64,000 nt of DNA from Methanobrevibacter sp. Lineage in GTDB: Archaea > Methanobacteriota > Methanobacteria > Methanobacteriales > Methanobacteriaceae. Numbering within the stretch: the stretch's first letter is position 1; each line of letters opens with the position of its first letter. The notes below the pieces were generated by a model. That model did not search any database and had not been told where the DNA came from. It saw only the letters and a program-made list of their open reading frames with translations. Positions 28,573 through 38,036 of this stretch are shown piece by piece. A program made the position numbers and the translations under genes. Location: positions 1,533 through 65,532 of the forward strand of contig NZ_JAFSNZ010000043.1 of the NCBI RefSeq assembly GCF_017447225.1, given 5' to 3'.

Positions 28573-29562
28573 CTATTTTTTAAGAATATGGCCATGATTT
28601 TGAGCTTTGGTTGTGATAACTATCCCATCATCGCCAACATAATCTTTAATTTCATCAACTATATGTTTGTTGGTTTCATCATAGAATGAATAAACAGTCG
28701 GTCCGAAAGAACTCATTCCCACAGCATATGCTCCTATTTCAGTTAGTTTAGCCATTAATTTTTTAATGTTATCTGATTGTAGTTTAACTTCAATGTTTTT
28801 AAATCCAATTGTTTGTATCTTGTTTATTATGTTTCCAAAGCAAGGTAAATCTTTTTCCAATAAAAACGGAATCATATTCATAAATATCAAATGAGAATAA
28901 AGTTCCACTTCCTTTTTGTCAATCGGACAATACTCCTGGAAAATATTGACTTCTTTCTGTCCGTTTACACTGACATCAGACTTTAATATAACTAATAATA
29001 CACCCCATTCTTCAGGGAATTCATAACGGCCAAATAGCTGAGGAGGACTGGCTTTTGAAGCAGAAGAAGGTAAAAAAGAGGATTTTTCTTTTCTGCTGTG
29101 CCCACCATCAACAATAAAACCTCCATGGTCAAAGGCAAATACGCCGATACCGGATGTTCCTCCACGGCCGGTGATTTTTCCTAATGAAATACCATTGGAT
29201 TCCTGACCGATATGTTCAGTGATAAGTTTTCCTGTGGATAAGGCTATCTGAGTTCCTGACCCCAAACCTGAATGGGGAAGATATGCCCTGTCAACCCTGA
29301 AATAAAATCCTTCATCCACATCATAATAATCAATGACCTTTTGGGCTGCAGAGGTGATTTTCTTTATGCATTCGTTTCTTATAGTATCATTGAAGTTAAA
29401 GTTTTCATTAAAGTCAATTGTTATTCCTTTTTCAGCGCTTTCACCATATAACAGAAAGTTTGGATCTTTTATAGTGAGCCCAATTCCTCCATCTAACCTA
29501 CCATATGAACCGTTCATATCAATAAGTCCCAAATGGAGTCTTGAAGGTGATTTGATGTACAT
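28573..29562 (-). CDS. beta-ribofuranosylaminobenzene 5'-phosphate (beta-RFAP) synthase, methanopterin biosynthesis
   Basis: 329 aa GHMP-like protein. MYIKSPSRLHLGLIDMNGSYGRLDGGIGLTI and PHSGLGSGTQIALS resemble the MJ1427 family. Confidence 0.7.
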   Translation of the reverse strand: MYIKSPSRLHLGLIDMNGSYGRLDGGIGLTIKDPNFLLYGESAEKGITIDFNENFNFNDTIRNECIKKITSAAQKVIDYYDVDEGFYFRVDRAYLPHSGLGSGTQIALSTGKLITEHIGQESNGISLGKITGRGGTSGIGVFAFDHGGFIVDGGHSRKEKSSFLPSSASKASPPQLFGRYEFPEEWGVLLVILKSDVSVNGQKEVNIFQEYCPIDKKEVELYSHLIFMNMIPFLLEKDLPCFGNIINKIQTIGFKNIEVKLQSDNIKKLMAKLTEIGAYAVGMSSFGPTVYSFYDETNKHIVDEIKDYVGDDGIVITTKAQNHGHILKK

Positions 29563-29585
29563 AAAGTTAACCTCTAAGAAATGAA

Positions 29586-31091
29586 TTATTCTTTAGATTT
29601 TTTTAATGCAGTTGAGAATTCCTCTTCAACGCCTTCACGATACATTGAATTGTATGTACAGAACGGGATGATTCTGCCGTCCGGGGTTGCATAATGAATA
29701 ACACATTTTTTAACCCTGTCTTCATCGAAATTAAATGGATCCATGAAGTGCATGCATGAAATAAGCATTGAATCTTTTGAAAAGTCACCTAATGCATCAT
29801 ATGATCTTTTAGTAAATACGTTGAGCAAAATTTTCTTAATATCCAAATTTTCAGGAGTCTCATTAGTGTCAACCAATTTAGGAAGAGCTTTGGTTGCGCT
29901 GGCAATGACTCTTTTTCTGATTCCAAAACCGCCTTCATTCAATCTGTCTGTCAATTCGGTTAATTTTTCAAATAATCCGTCAACATCAATGAATCTGGTA
30001 ATTGGAATTAACTTGTCTTTTCCAGGCCCTTCAGTTTTGTCCCTGAATACGTAAGTAGCTATACCACAATGCTGGTGGCAGTTAAGGGTAACACTTGGCT
30101 TTTCACCATCAAGTGCACCGATAAAATTAGCGATAGGTTCAACTGAAGATGGAGGATAGAAATCAGAGGTTTTAACTTCACCGTCAGTCTGCTCTTCAAT
30201 GATTTTGACAAAATCCGGAATGGTAATTCTCTGGTCTTCCACCTGATCGGCAGGTGTTCTTCCTGCAAATGAAACCGGCTGGAAGTTGACTCCATAAATA
30301 TTTTCATTATGGTCAAATGCAAACTTGATTATTTCTCCGACTTGGTGGTCATTAACTCCTTTGATTAATGTAGGAACCAATACAACACCCAAATCAGCTT
30401 TTCTACAGTTTTCAATTGCATCCAATTTATATTTGAGCAAATCTCTTCCTCTATTGTTGATATATGGTTCCGGAGTGACACCGTCAAATGCAAGATAGAC
30501 TGTGTTTAAACCGGCATCCTTCAATTCTTGAGCCAGATTCTCTTTCATTGCTAACTTTAAACCGTTTGTAGCAATTTGAACATGGGTGAAACCTTCTTCC
30601 TTAGCCATTTTAACTAATTCTACAATGTCTTTTCTTACAGTAGGCTCTCCACCTGCATATTGAATAGCTGGAGTTGGATTAGGTTTCAAGTTTCTTAAGT
30701 TTTTAAGCATTTGCCTTATTTCATCTTGAGTAGGTTCGAATAAGCGTCCTGAGGCTGCTGCGTTTGCAAAACAAACCGGACATCTTAAATTACACCTATT
30801 GGTTACATCAATTAATCCTAATACAGTAGATGTTTCATGCTTGGAACAAAGTCCACAGTTAGATGGACAGGCAGCAACGCCATCCACGCAAGGATTTTCT
30901 ACTGAAGTAATTGACGGTTCATAATTATTTACTCTATTATAAATTTCATCATCACTCCAATAAGTATTGATAAACTCCCCATGCTCGTCGCAGGTTTTCT
31001 TAATGAAAACTTTTCCCTCTTCATCATAGACTTCCGCATCGAGAGGTTTACCGCACTCTGGACATAAACTTTTTGTATCTTTTATTTTCAA
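29586..31091 (-). CDS. tes: MJ0619/Tes-family radical SAM enzyme (tetraether lipid synthase GDGT-MAS; historically annotated as a methanopterin methylase)
   Basis: 501 aa. N-terminal zinc ribbon TKSLCPECGK...CDEHG, radical SAM RCNLRCPVCFA and a large C-terminal domain. Confidence 0.6.
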   Translation of the reverse strand: MKIKDTKSLCPECGKPLDAEVYDEEGKVFIKKTCDEHGEFINTYWSDDEIYNRVNNYEPSITSVENPCVDGVAACPSNCGLCSKHETSTVLGLIDVTNRCNLRCPVCFANAAASGRLFEPTQDEIRQMLKNLRNLKPNPTPAIQYAGGEPTVRKDIVELVKMAKEEGFTHVQIATNGLKLAMKENLAQELKDAGLNTVYLAFDGVTPEPYINNRGRDLLKYKLDAIENCRKADLGVVLVPTLIKGVNDHQVGEIIKFAFDHNENIYGVNFQPVSFAGRTPADQVEDQRITIPDFVKIIEEQTDGEVKTSDFYPPSSVEPIANFIGALDGEKPSVTLNCHQHCGIATYVFRDKTEGPGKDKLIPITRFIDVDGLFEKLTELTDRLNEGGFGIRKRVIASATKALPKLVDTNETPENLDIKKILLNVFTKRSYDALGDFSKDSMLISCMHFMDPFNFDEDRVKKCVIHYATPDGRIIPFCTYNSMYREGVEEEFSTALKKSKE

Positions 31092-31240
31092 AAAATCACC
31101 TTACTAACATACTACATTAGTACAAACAAAAACATAATATAATTATTATAGTTAATTTAATATTTAAAGTTATTTAAAATATATATACTTTAATGATTAT
31201 AGACTATATTAATAAGAAATTAAAATGGAGCAAAAATTAA

Positions 31241-31807
31241 ATGAATCTTGACTTTTCGATGCTAGCTATAATGTGTGTCACAATCCTGTACTTCCTGCTT
31301 CCAGCATATATATCCAACAGTGGCGGATTAATATTCGGCGGCGGTATTCCTGTTGATTTCGGGAAAAGCGATTCAAACGGGAACAGATGGATTGGAGACG
31401 GTGTAACATGGAGAGGTCTGATTGGAGGAACTCTTTTAGGAACATTAGTTGGTGCAATACAGGGATACTTCGGACCTGACTTATTAACATTATACGGAGA
31501 ATATATCGTTACTCCTATTGCTGTTGGTGTTTTAAACGGTGTCTTAATCGGATTTTTACTTGCCTTCGGAGCACTGGTCGGTGATGCTGCAGGCAGTTTC
31601 ATAAAAAGAAGACTGGGAATCGGACGTGGAAAACCAGCACCAATACTTGATCAGATTGATTTTTTAGTGGTTGCACTGCTATTTGCTTCATTAGTCGTTA
31701 ATTTTACATTAGAATTTATAGTGATAGCTATTATATTAACAATGATAATTCATTTGATAGCCAATACCGGAGCATATCTGCTTGGAATAAAAGACGTGTG
31801 GTATTAG
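31241..31807 (+). CDS. carS: CDP-archaeol synthase
   Basis: 188 aa polytopic protein. LLPAYISNSGG, PVDFGK, GDGVTWRG, GDAAGSFIKRRLGI and PILDQIDF match the CarS (DUF46) family. GGAG upstream of the ATG. Confidence 0.8.
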   Translation: MNLDFSMLAIMCVTILYFLLPAYISNSGGLIFGGGIPVDFGKSDSNGNRWIGDGVTWRGLIGGTLLGTLVGAIQGYFGPDLLTLYGEYIVTPIAVGVLNGVLIGFLLAFGALVGDAAGSFIKRRLGIGRGKPAPILDQIDFLVVALLFASLVVNFTLEFIVIAIILTMIIHLIANTGAYLLGIKDVWY

Positions 31808-32358
31808 GCATGCCCGGATTTTCCACCTAACAAATCATCATCTTTACCGCTATATCCTACTGTTTTTTGAGACTTGAAAGCTTCACTTTTAGCAGAAACT
31901 GCAAGTTCATCTGCCATATTATTGAATCTGTCTGATGAATGGCCTTTGACTTTAATGAAATTGAGAATGCATGACTTATTTTTAATTTCAGACATTAATT
32001 TCCAGATTGCTTTGATGATTTCAAGGTTTTCAATTGGCTTGTTTCCTTTTCTTTTCCACCCGTTTTTCTGCCAATTGATACCCCATTTAGTAAATATATC
32101 AATGCAGTAAGATGAATCTGAGCATATTTCAATGACATCTTCGGCATTTGCTTTTGACAGAAAATCCTTCATGGAAGCATATATTGCATATAGCTCCATT
32201 TCATTGTTTGTTGTTAGGGGACATCCTCCTGATTGATTTAAGCTTTTTTTGCCATCAATCAGCAAAACGAAAGCCCAACCACCAGCTTCACGAAGATATT
32301 TGCCGTTTTTGTGAATCATAGTGGCTGCGCCATCAGTATAATAAGTGAATTTTGACAT
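31804..32358 (-). CDS. rnhA: ribonuclease HI (type 1 RNase H)
   Basis: 184 aa. YTDGAA..., TNNEMELYAI, CSDSSYC and VKGHSSDRFNNMADELA provide the D-E-D-D catalytic pattern. Its 3' end overlaps the carS 3' end by 4 nt (convergent). Confidence 0.75.
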   Translation of the reverse strand: MSKFTYYTDGAATMIHKNGKYLREAGGWAFVLLIDGKKSLNQSGGCPLTTNNEMELYAIYASMKDFLSKANAEDVIEICSDSSYCIDIFTKWGINWQKNGWKRKGNKPIENLEIIKAIWKLMSEIKNKSCILNFIKVKGHSSDRFNNMADELAVSAKSEAFKSQKTVGYSGKDDDLLGGKSGHA

Positions 32359-32359
32359 A

Positions 32360-33382
32360 TTAATCCAGGTATTTTTCCATCATTACAGCTGTTCCGACAG
32401 CAGGCGCTACAACACATTCCTCATCAGTCAGAATATCACCCATAGACTTAACTTCCAAACCCAAAAGTTCAGCTGCAGGTTTATCCAGAATGTCTTTTCC
32501 TAAACCTGTTGTTACAATCAAATCAAGGTTCTGGGTTTCATGAACCTGTTTCAGGCTATCTGCAATCTGTTCGATTTGTTTTTGATGAATGAATTCAGAC
32601 ATCTCAACAATATCTTCTTCTGATAACATTTCCAAATCAGCGCAGACGACACGTGCAATACGTTTGGCGCAATCTGTCTTGGATTTGGACTCTCCGTCGA
32701 AAGTGTCGCAGACATAATCATCTTGTGAAATCAAGTCAAGAACTGTGTAAACATCAGCTGTCTGTGCGAACAGTTCGCTGGCCACGCGATACTCTTTACC
32801 GTTTAGCTCAACCTTATCCAAAAAGCTGGCCAGATTGGTTCTCAATGTTCCTGTATATACCAGTTCACCTGTTGCTGATCTGTCAAAGTCTGATTTGCCG
32901 ATAGCACATTCCTTTCCATCTTTAATAGGAATAATGTCTGTTGTTGTACTTCCGGTATCAATGAAAATGCAATTGTCAGAAATCAATGTTGCAATTTGGG
33001 CTGTAGCTATCCAATTTGCCGCAGCTGCCTTTAAAGGAGTCTCTTCTATTTCGCTTTTAGACATCATTCCATCAATACCGACATATGCTATCGGGCATGA
33101 AAAAGTGTCCTCACATTTTTTAACAACATCCAAAACTCCGTCTTTTTTGGTGTCATAAGCGTCGACAAGCTCGGCGGTCATTGATATTCCCATAGCATCG
33201 ATTTCAGATACCTGGCAGATGTTTTCAATCAATTCAACCAGAACCCGTGACAAGTCATCGTTATTACTCCACATAGGAAGGTATGCAAAGTCAACTTCAA
33301 TATTTTTAATTTCACCGTCTTCAAAATCAATTACCGCCAAATCGGTATTTGCTCCACCTATGTCAAAACCTGCAATTTTCAT
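32360..33382 (-). CDS. hydantoinase/oxoprolinase-family protein (H4MPT-linked C1 transfer pathway protein type)
   Basis: 340 aa. ASKHA-fold N-terminus MKIAGFDIGGANTDLAV and a second phosphate motif FIDTGSTTTD. Confidence 0.6.
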   Translation of the reverse strand: MKIAGFDIGGANTDLAVIDFEDGEIKNIEVDFAYLPMWSNNDDLSRVLVELIENICQVSEIDAMGISMTAELVDAYDTKKDGVLDVVKKCEDTFSCPIAYVGIDGMMSKSEIEETPLKAAAANWIATAQIATLISDNCIFIDTGSTTTDIIPIKDGKECAIGKSDFDRSATGELVYTGTLRTNLASFLDKVELNGKEYRVASELFAQTADVYTVLDLISQDDYVCDTFDGESKSKTDCAKRIARVVCADLEMLSEEDIVEMSEFIHQKQIEQIADSLKQVHETQNLDLIVTTGLGKDILDKPAAELLGLEVKSMGDILTDEECVVAPAVGTAVMMEKYLD

Positions 33383-34465
33383 TTAAATTCTCCTAATATC
33401 CAGATTGTTTCCCTGTTTTTTAAATTCCACTTCACCGTCAAGAGAAACATCAATTTCTTCAATGTTTCCTTCAATAATCGTTTTTGCTATGTTGAAATTA
33501 GCTATTTTCCTAAGTCCCACATAAGGAGTCGTGAATCTTGAGTTAACTTCAAGCAAATAAACAGGATGTATATCCTTTTCATCGGAACTGATTATCAAAT
33601 CAACACCTACAAAACCGTTTAAGCCTTCAACAGATTCACATGCTTTTTTAGCAATTTCAAATGCATCTCGCTTATATTCACTTTTAAAAGGAAGTTTTCC
33701 ACCAATATATGTTCCCTTATCATTTTTAAGTTCAACGAACTGTTTGTTTAGGCTGATTGGAGTTGCTTTGCCGTTATGACAAATCAGACTGACGCTGACA
33801 TCACTTCCTTCAATGAATTCCTGAACTATTATTCTGGATTCCGGTGGAAATATCTCTTCCAAATCATAGCTTAAATCATTAATGTCTTCGATTATGACAA
33901 TATCTTCACAGTCCACACCGATTAATGGCTTTATTATTAACTTGAGTGGAGTCAACGGATCTTCTGCCTGCCATTTTTCATGCAGGTTTGTGATAGCCCT
34001 TTTCCAGTATCCTTTTGAGTCTATTTTAAAGCGGAAAGTTCTTGGTTGGGGAACATCATTTGAAATACTTTCATATGTTAATGATTTATCGGACGAAATG
34101 AGGCACGCTTCGCTTGATGAAGTGTAAATGAAGACATTATTTTCCTCTAAAATTTTAGTGATATTATATAAATTATTGTTATTTTCCGCTGCAATGAAAA
34201 TAGCCTTATCAAAATTGCAGGCGTTATCCTTTAACCAGGAAATAATGTCAGTTTCAATCAATATAGGATTAACATTATCATATTTAGACACAATACTTCC
34301 ATAGGATTCATTCAAAACAACATCAAGATTGTAATCGCTTAAGTCTTCAATTAATCCAAACAGCATTGCTTCCGCTTCTGAAATTATGCATTTATCCTTT
34401 TCACCGGAAGCAGTGAAATATTCAAATAACAAAATTGAATCATTCGTAGACATCATAAGTAACAC
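33383..34465 (-). CDS. ATP-grasp domain protein (MfnD/MptN-like ligase candidate)
   Basis: 360 aa. The C-terminal half has an ATP-grasp pattern (IIVQEFIEGSDVSVSL, GFVGVDLI, LLEVNSRFT). Directly abuts the hydantoinase-like gene. Confidence 0.5.
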   Translation of the reverse strand: MLLMMSTNDSILLFEYFTASGEKDKCIISEAEAMLFGLIEDLSDYNLDVVLNESYGSIVSKYDNVNPILIETDIISWLKDNACNFDKAIFIAAENNNNLYNITKILEENNVFIYTSSSEACLISSDKSLTYESISNDVPQPRTFRFKIDSKGYWKRAITNLHEKWQAEDPLTPLKLIIKPLIGVDCEDIVIIEDINDLSYDLEEIFPPESRIIVQEFIEGSDVSVSLICHNGKATPISLNKQFVELKNDKGTYIGGKLPFKSEYKRDAFEIAKKACESVEGLNGFVGVDLIISSDEKDIHPVYLLEVNSRFTTPYVGLRKIANFNIAKTIIEGNIEEIDVSLDGEVEFKKQGNNLDIRRI

Positions 34466-35762
34466 ACATCTCGTTTAAGTTTAAATCATCTGCAGGGAAG
34501 CGCATTTTTTCTCCATCAAACACCATATGAATTAATGCATTGTTTTTGTCTTCAAAGTCTTTGACTGTTATATCCTCATCAATTAATGCCATTTTTCTTT
34601 CAAATGACGTCATGATGTCTTCCGGAGCTTCAATGTTGAGAAGTCCTTTATCATAGTAATCCTGGATTGCATCGACAGTCTGTTCTGCAGAGTTTCCCTG
34701 TCCATAAGGGTTTGGTGCATTTCTCATTTTTTCAGCGAATTCATCATCATTCAATATTTTGTTTGCATTTTCCAAAATTACATCCTTATCTGAACCGACA
34801 AGTATGTTTCCCCCTGCAGTTACGGTTTCCGGCCTTTCAGTATTGTATCTTAATGTCAATGCAGGAACATCCAGGGTAATCGCTTCTTCCTGAAGACCTC
34901 CGGAATCAGTTAAAATCAAGGTTGATTTAGCAGTCAGCTGCAAGAAATCCAGATAGCCTAAAGGCTTAATGATATGAACGTGATCCAAGTCATTGAGCTC
35001 ATCAAAGAGGCCAAAGTTCTGTAATGTGTTTTTGGTTCTCGGATGTATCGGGAAGATAATATTCATCTGGTTAAGCTCTTTTAAAGCTTCGATGATGTTA
35101 GTTACACGGGTTTTATCATCAACATTTTCGGCCCTGTGCATTGTTAATGTTAAGATATTGTCCATATTGTCAATGTCTAAGTTAGCAAGAGATTCTTCTT
35201 CAAATCCTCTTTTTTTAGCTATTTCCAAATGTCTGAAACATGCATCGACAACAGTGTTTCCTGTAATGAACAGGTTTTTTCTTGAAAATCCCTCAGCCAA
35301 AAGATTTATAGCTGATTCTTCTGTTGGGATAAAATACATTGTGGATGTCACATCGCAGGCTCTGCGGTTAACCTCTTCAGGCATTGTCATGTCAAATGAT
35401 CTGAGTCCGGCTTCAACATGTCCAACAGCAATGTGGAGTTTGGAAGCAACAAGTGCTCCTGCAAGAACAGCATTGGTATCTCCCTGAACTAAAACGATAT
35501 CAGGTTTTTCATCCATTAATACTTCTTCAATACCTTTCATCATCAGTCCAGTCTGTTTACCATGAGAACCTGACCCTACATGAATGTTATAATCCGGAGC
35601 AGGAATTTCAAGATCTCTAAAGAAGTTATCAGACATTTCCTTATCATAATGCTGACCAGTGTGAAGAAGACACAAATCAATATCACGATTGACAATTTCA
35701 TCTATTATTGGGGCCATCTTAATAATTTCCGGCCTCGTTCCAAGTACAACAGCTATCTTCAT
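34440..35762 (-). CDS. wecB: UDP-N-acetylglucosamine 2-epimerase (non-hydrolysing) with a C-terminal extension
   Basis: 440 aa. MKIAVVLGTRPEIIKMAPI, HVEAGLRSFD and TDSGGLQEEA. About 70 extra C-terminal residues lie after the epimerase core. Confidence 0.85.
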   Translation of the reverse strand: MKIAVVLGTRPEIIKMAPIIDEIVNRDIDLCLLHTGQHYDKEMSDNFFRDLEIPAPDYNIHVGSGSHGKQTGLMMKGIEEVLMDEKPDIVLVQGDTNAVLAGALVASKLHIAVGHVEAGLRSFDMTMPEEVNRRACDVTSTMYFIPTEESAINLLAEGFSRKNLFITGNTVVDACFRHLEIAKKRGFEEESLANLDIDNMDNILTLTMHRAENVDDKTRVTNIIEALKELNQMNIIFPIHPRTKNTLQNFGLFDELNDLDHVHIIKPLGYLDFLQLTAKSTLILTDSGGLQEEAITLDVPALTLRYNTERPETVTAGGNILVGSDKDVILENANKILNDDEFAEKMRNAPNPYGQGNSAEQTVDAIQDYYDKGLLNIEAPEDIMTSFERKMALIDEDITVKDFEDKNNALIHMVFDGEKMRFPADDLNLNEMCVTYDVYE

Positions 35763-35882
35763 AATATCACTTAACTATAATATTTCATATTTCAAATAAT
35801 TAAAAATTTTTGTTGAAAAACAAATTATTATAAAAATATATTTATTTATGATGAATTCATTAACTAAAAACAAGTGATTTAC

Positions 35883-36539
35883 ATGAAATTAATTGCAATC
35901 AATGGAAGTCCGCGTAAGAACTGGAACACAGATAGTCTTTTAAAGGAAGTGATTGATGGAGCATCATCTGCAGGTGCTGAAACAGAAATGATTTATTTAT
36001 ATAACCTTGATTTTAAAGGATGCAAAGGATGTATGGCATGTAAAATCAAGAACGGGAAAAGTTTAGGAAGATGCAATAAAAAGGATGATTTGAAAGAGGT
36101 TTTGGATAAGGTTCATGAAGCAGATGTTTTGGTTTTAGGCTCTCCAATCTACTGGCATGACGTGACCGGCGTGATGCGTTGCTTTATTGAGAGATTATTT
36201 TTCCAATATCTCAATTATGATGATCATGATTCCCCACTAAGCACTCCAAAAAGAACGGCAATGATTTATACCATGAATATGCCTTCTGAATTACATGAAG
36301 AGAATAAATATGAGACATTGATATTTAAAAAATATGAAAACCTGATGAAAGAATTTTTCGGGCACTGCGAGACATTATACACCACACAGACATTATTTGT
36401 CAAAAACTATGAAAAATACCATTTAGGCGTCTTTGATGAAGAATTTATGAAAGAAAGACATGAAACTCATTTTTCAAAGATAACAGAAAAAGCCTATGAG
36501 TTAGGTGTTAACCTAATAGAAATGAGTGATAGGAAGTAA
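35883..36539 (+). CDS. flavodoxin-like fold NAD(P)H-dependent FMN reductase / iron-sulfur flavoprotein-like protein
   Basis: MKLIAINGSPRKNWNT, Cys cluster CKGCMAC-x13-C, and GSPIYWHDVTG. Start set at the ATG at 35883. Confidence 0.65.
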   Translation: MKLIAINGSPRKNWNTDSLLKEVIDGASSAGAETEMIYLYNLDFKGCKGCMACKIKNGKSLGRCNKKDDLKEVLDKVHEADVLVLGSPIYWHDVTGVMRCFIERLFFQYLNYDDHDSPLSTPKRTAMIYTMNMPSELHEENKYETLIFKKYENLMKEFFGHCETLYTTQTLFVKNYEKYHLGVFDEEFMKERHETHFSKITEKAYELGVNLIEMSDRK

Positions 36540-37994
36540 AAACAAACCTGTCAGGCATATTATAATAAATGTGAAAATGTAGATTTCATCAATTTCTATT
36601 TCTTTAATTTTTGTATTGATTATTAAAGGCAGTAAAGCTATTATCGGAAGGAAATATCTTGATTGGACACCTAAAATAGTGCTGCTTCCCAGCGGACTCC
36701 ATGTCAGGTAGAAAATAATATTAATTCCGACATACGTTATTAAAAATATCAGCGCTAAAATAATTCTTTCTTTTTTTCTTAATTCGATGTCTATTTTATA
36801 GAATAGTGAAAATACCAAATAAAATATTACATACATGAAGTTAATCAGTTTTATTCCTTTATATCCGGTATAATGGAAAAAATTGGCTTTCAGCAGGAAC
36901 AAATCAGGAATTGAAACCACCATGTCCTTGATTAATGTGAATATTATCAAAGGATTGGAGAATATGAATCTGGTCTGGCCAACAAATGACACATTAGTCG
37001 TGGATGACGTGTTATACGTCTGAATGGCCGTTGTTGTAAATAATGATGAAAACAGTGACCCCACGCTCAATACCGCCAATACAACCATTGCAATTATAGC
37101 CACAATACTTATCTTTTTAAGTTTTTCATCTTCAAAAGGAAGAACGAACACCAGAAATGCAAGTATTATGTAAGGCTGCTTTATCAGACTAATCAGCAAT
37201 ACGGAAATGAAAAATATAGCCAGATTCTTTCCATTAACCTCACCCAGATACATCTTGATGAAATAGGTTAAGATAACCAGTGTAAAAGTCAGTATGAATG
37301 CATCATAGCTTGAAAAAGACGCCTGTGATATGCATAAGGGTATCGTTGAGAAAACAAGCAGATGAAGCTTATACTTCGGAATAATCTTAATCATAAAATA
37401 AGCAACTACCCCATAAAATAGCAGATTGGCAATTCTGGACAGGTATAAAGCCCATATTGTAGTCAGATTCAACATTTTTGCAATCAATATTCCCAATGCG
37501 GAAAGAAGATATGAATAGAATGGAGATGATGTTGTCCACTCCCAATATCCTTTATGGTCAGTTATCGGGTCATTATAGCTGCCGTTATCAAGGATTGTGG
37601 TTCCGTAATATGACTGCTGCAGACCGAAATAATAGCTGTCAACATAGATTCCCTTGTCCGTGATTTCAGGATACAGCTGTCCTTCCGTTATCAGTTCAGC
37701 TCTTGTAAAATGAGCGGATTCATCCGGAAAACTCATTGGTGGTGTGAAAAATATCATCAATAAACCGAAAACAATTATCAGCACCAGCGCAACATTGTGC
37801 AGTTTCAGCTTATTTTTATATGAAACATATATTGAAAAAAGCCCTAAAACAGTCACCAATAATATAAACATTACTTCATTTTGGGAATCTGCAAAGTTTT
37901 CGGGCGTAAACATTACAAAAATAAATACAAATATGAATGCAATAAAAACAAGCATGCATTTTCTGTAGTCCGTGAAGTAATTTTTTATATTCAT
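36513..37994 (-). CDS. DUF2142-type polytopic membrane protein (putative glycosyltransferase-C-like)
   Basis: 493 aa, more than 10 predicted TM helices. The first-loop motif PPMSFPDESAHFTRAE resembles DUF2142. Its 3' end overlaps the convergent flavoprotein gene by 27 nt. Confidence 0.55.
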   Translation of the reverse strand: MNIKNYFTDYRKCMLVFIAFIFVFIFVMFTPENFADSQNEVMFILLVTVLGLFSIYVSYKNKLKLHNVALVLIIVFGLLMIFFTPPMSFPDESAHFTRAELITEGQLYPEITDKGIYVDSYYFGLQQSYYGTTILDNGSYNDPITDHKGYWEWTTSSPFYSYLLSALGILIAKMLNLTTIWALYLSRIANLLFYGVVAYFMIKIIPKYKLHLLVFSTIPLCISQASFSSYDAFILTFTLVILTYFIKMYLGEVNGKNLAIFFISVLLISLIKQPYIILAFLVFVLPFEDEKLKKISIVAIIAMVVLAVLSVGSLFSSLFTTTAIQTYNTSSTTNVSFVGQTRFIFSNPLIIFTLIKDMVVSIPDLFLLKANFFHYTGYKGIKLINFMYVIFYLVFSLFYKIDIELRKKERIILALIFLITYVGINIIFYLTWSPLGSSTILGVQSRYFLPIIALLPLIINTKIKEIEIDEIYIFTFIIICLTGLFLLPITHFY

Positions 37995-38036
37995 TATTAA
38001 ATATTTTTTAAGTAATAGAATAAATATTTTAAGATA

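Noticed and set aside
31237-31602. 121-aa minus-strand ORF antisense to carS
   Set aside because: It is Pro/Lys-rich and overlaps the well-supported CDP-archaeol synthase frame entirely, so it is a shadow ORF.
37995-38036. Another AAGTAATA word (ttttttaagtaatagaataaa) upstream of the DUF2142 gene, possibly the same regulon as the ABC dyad
   Set aside because: It is a single 8-mer with no partner half-site at the 23-nt spacing. By rough composition estimate an 8-mer like this should occur about ten times per window by chance.
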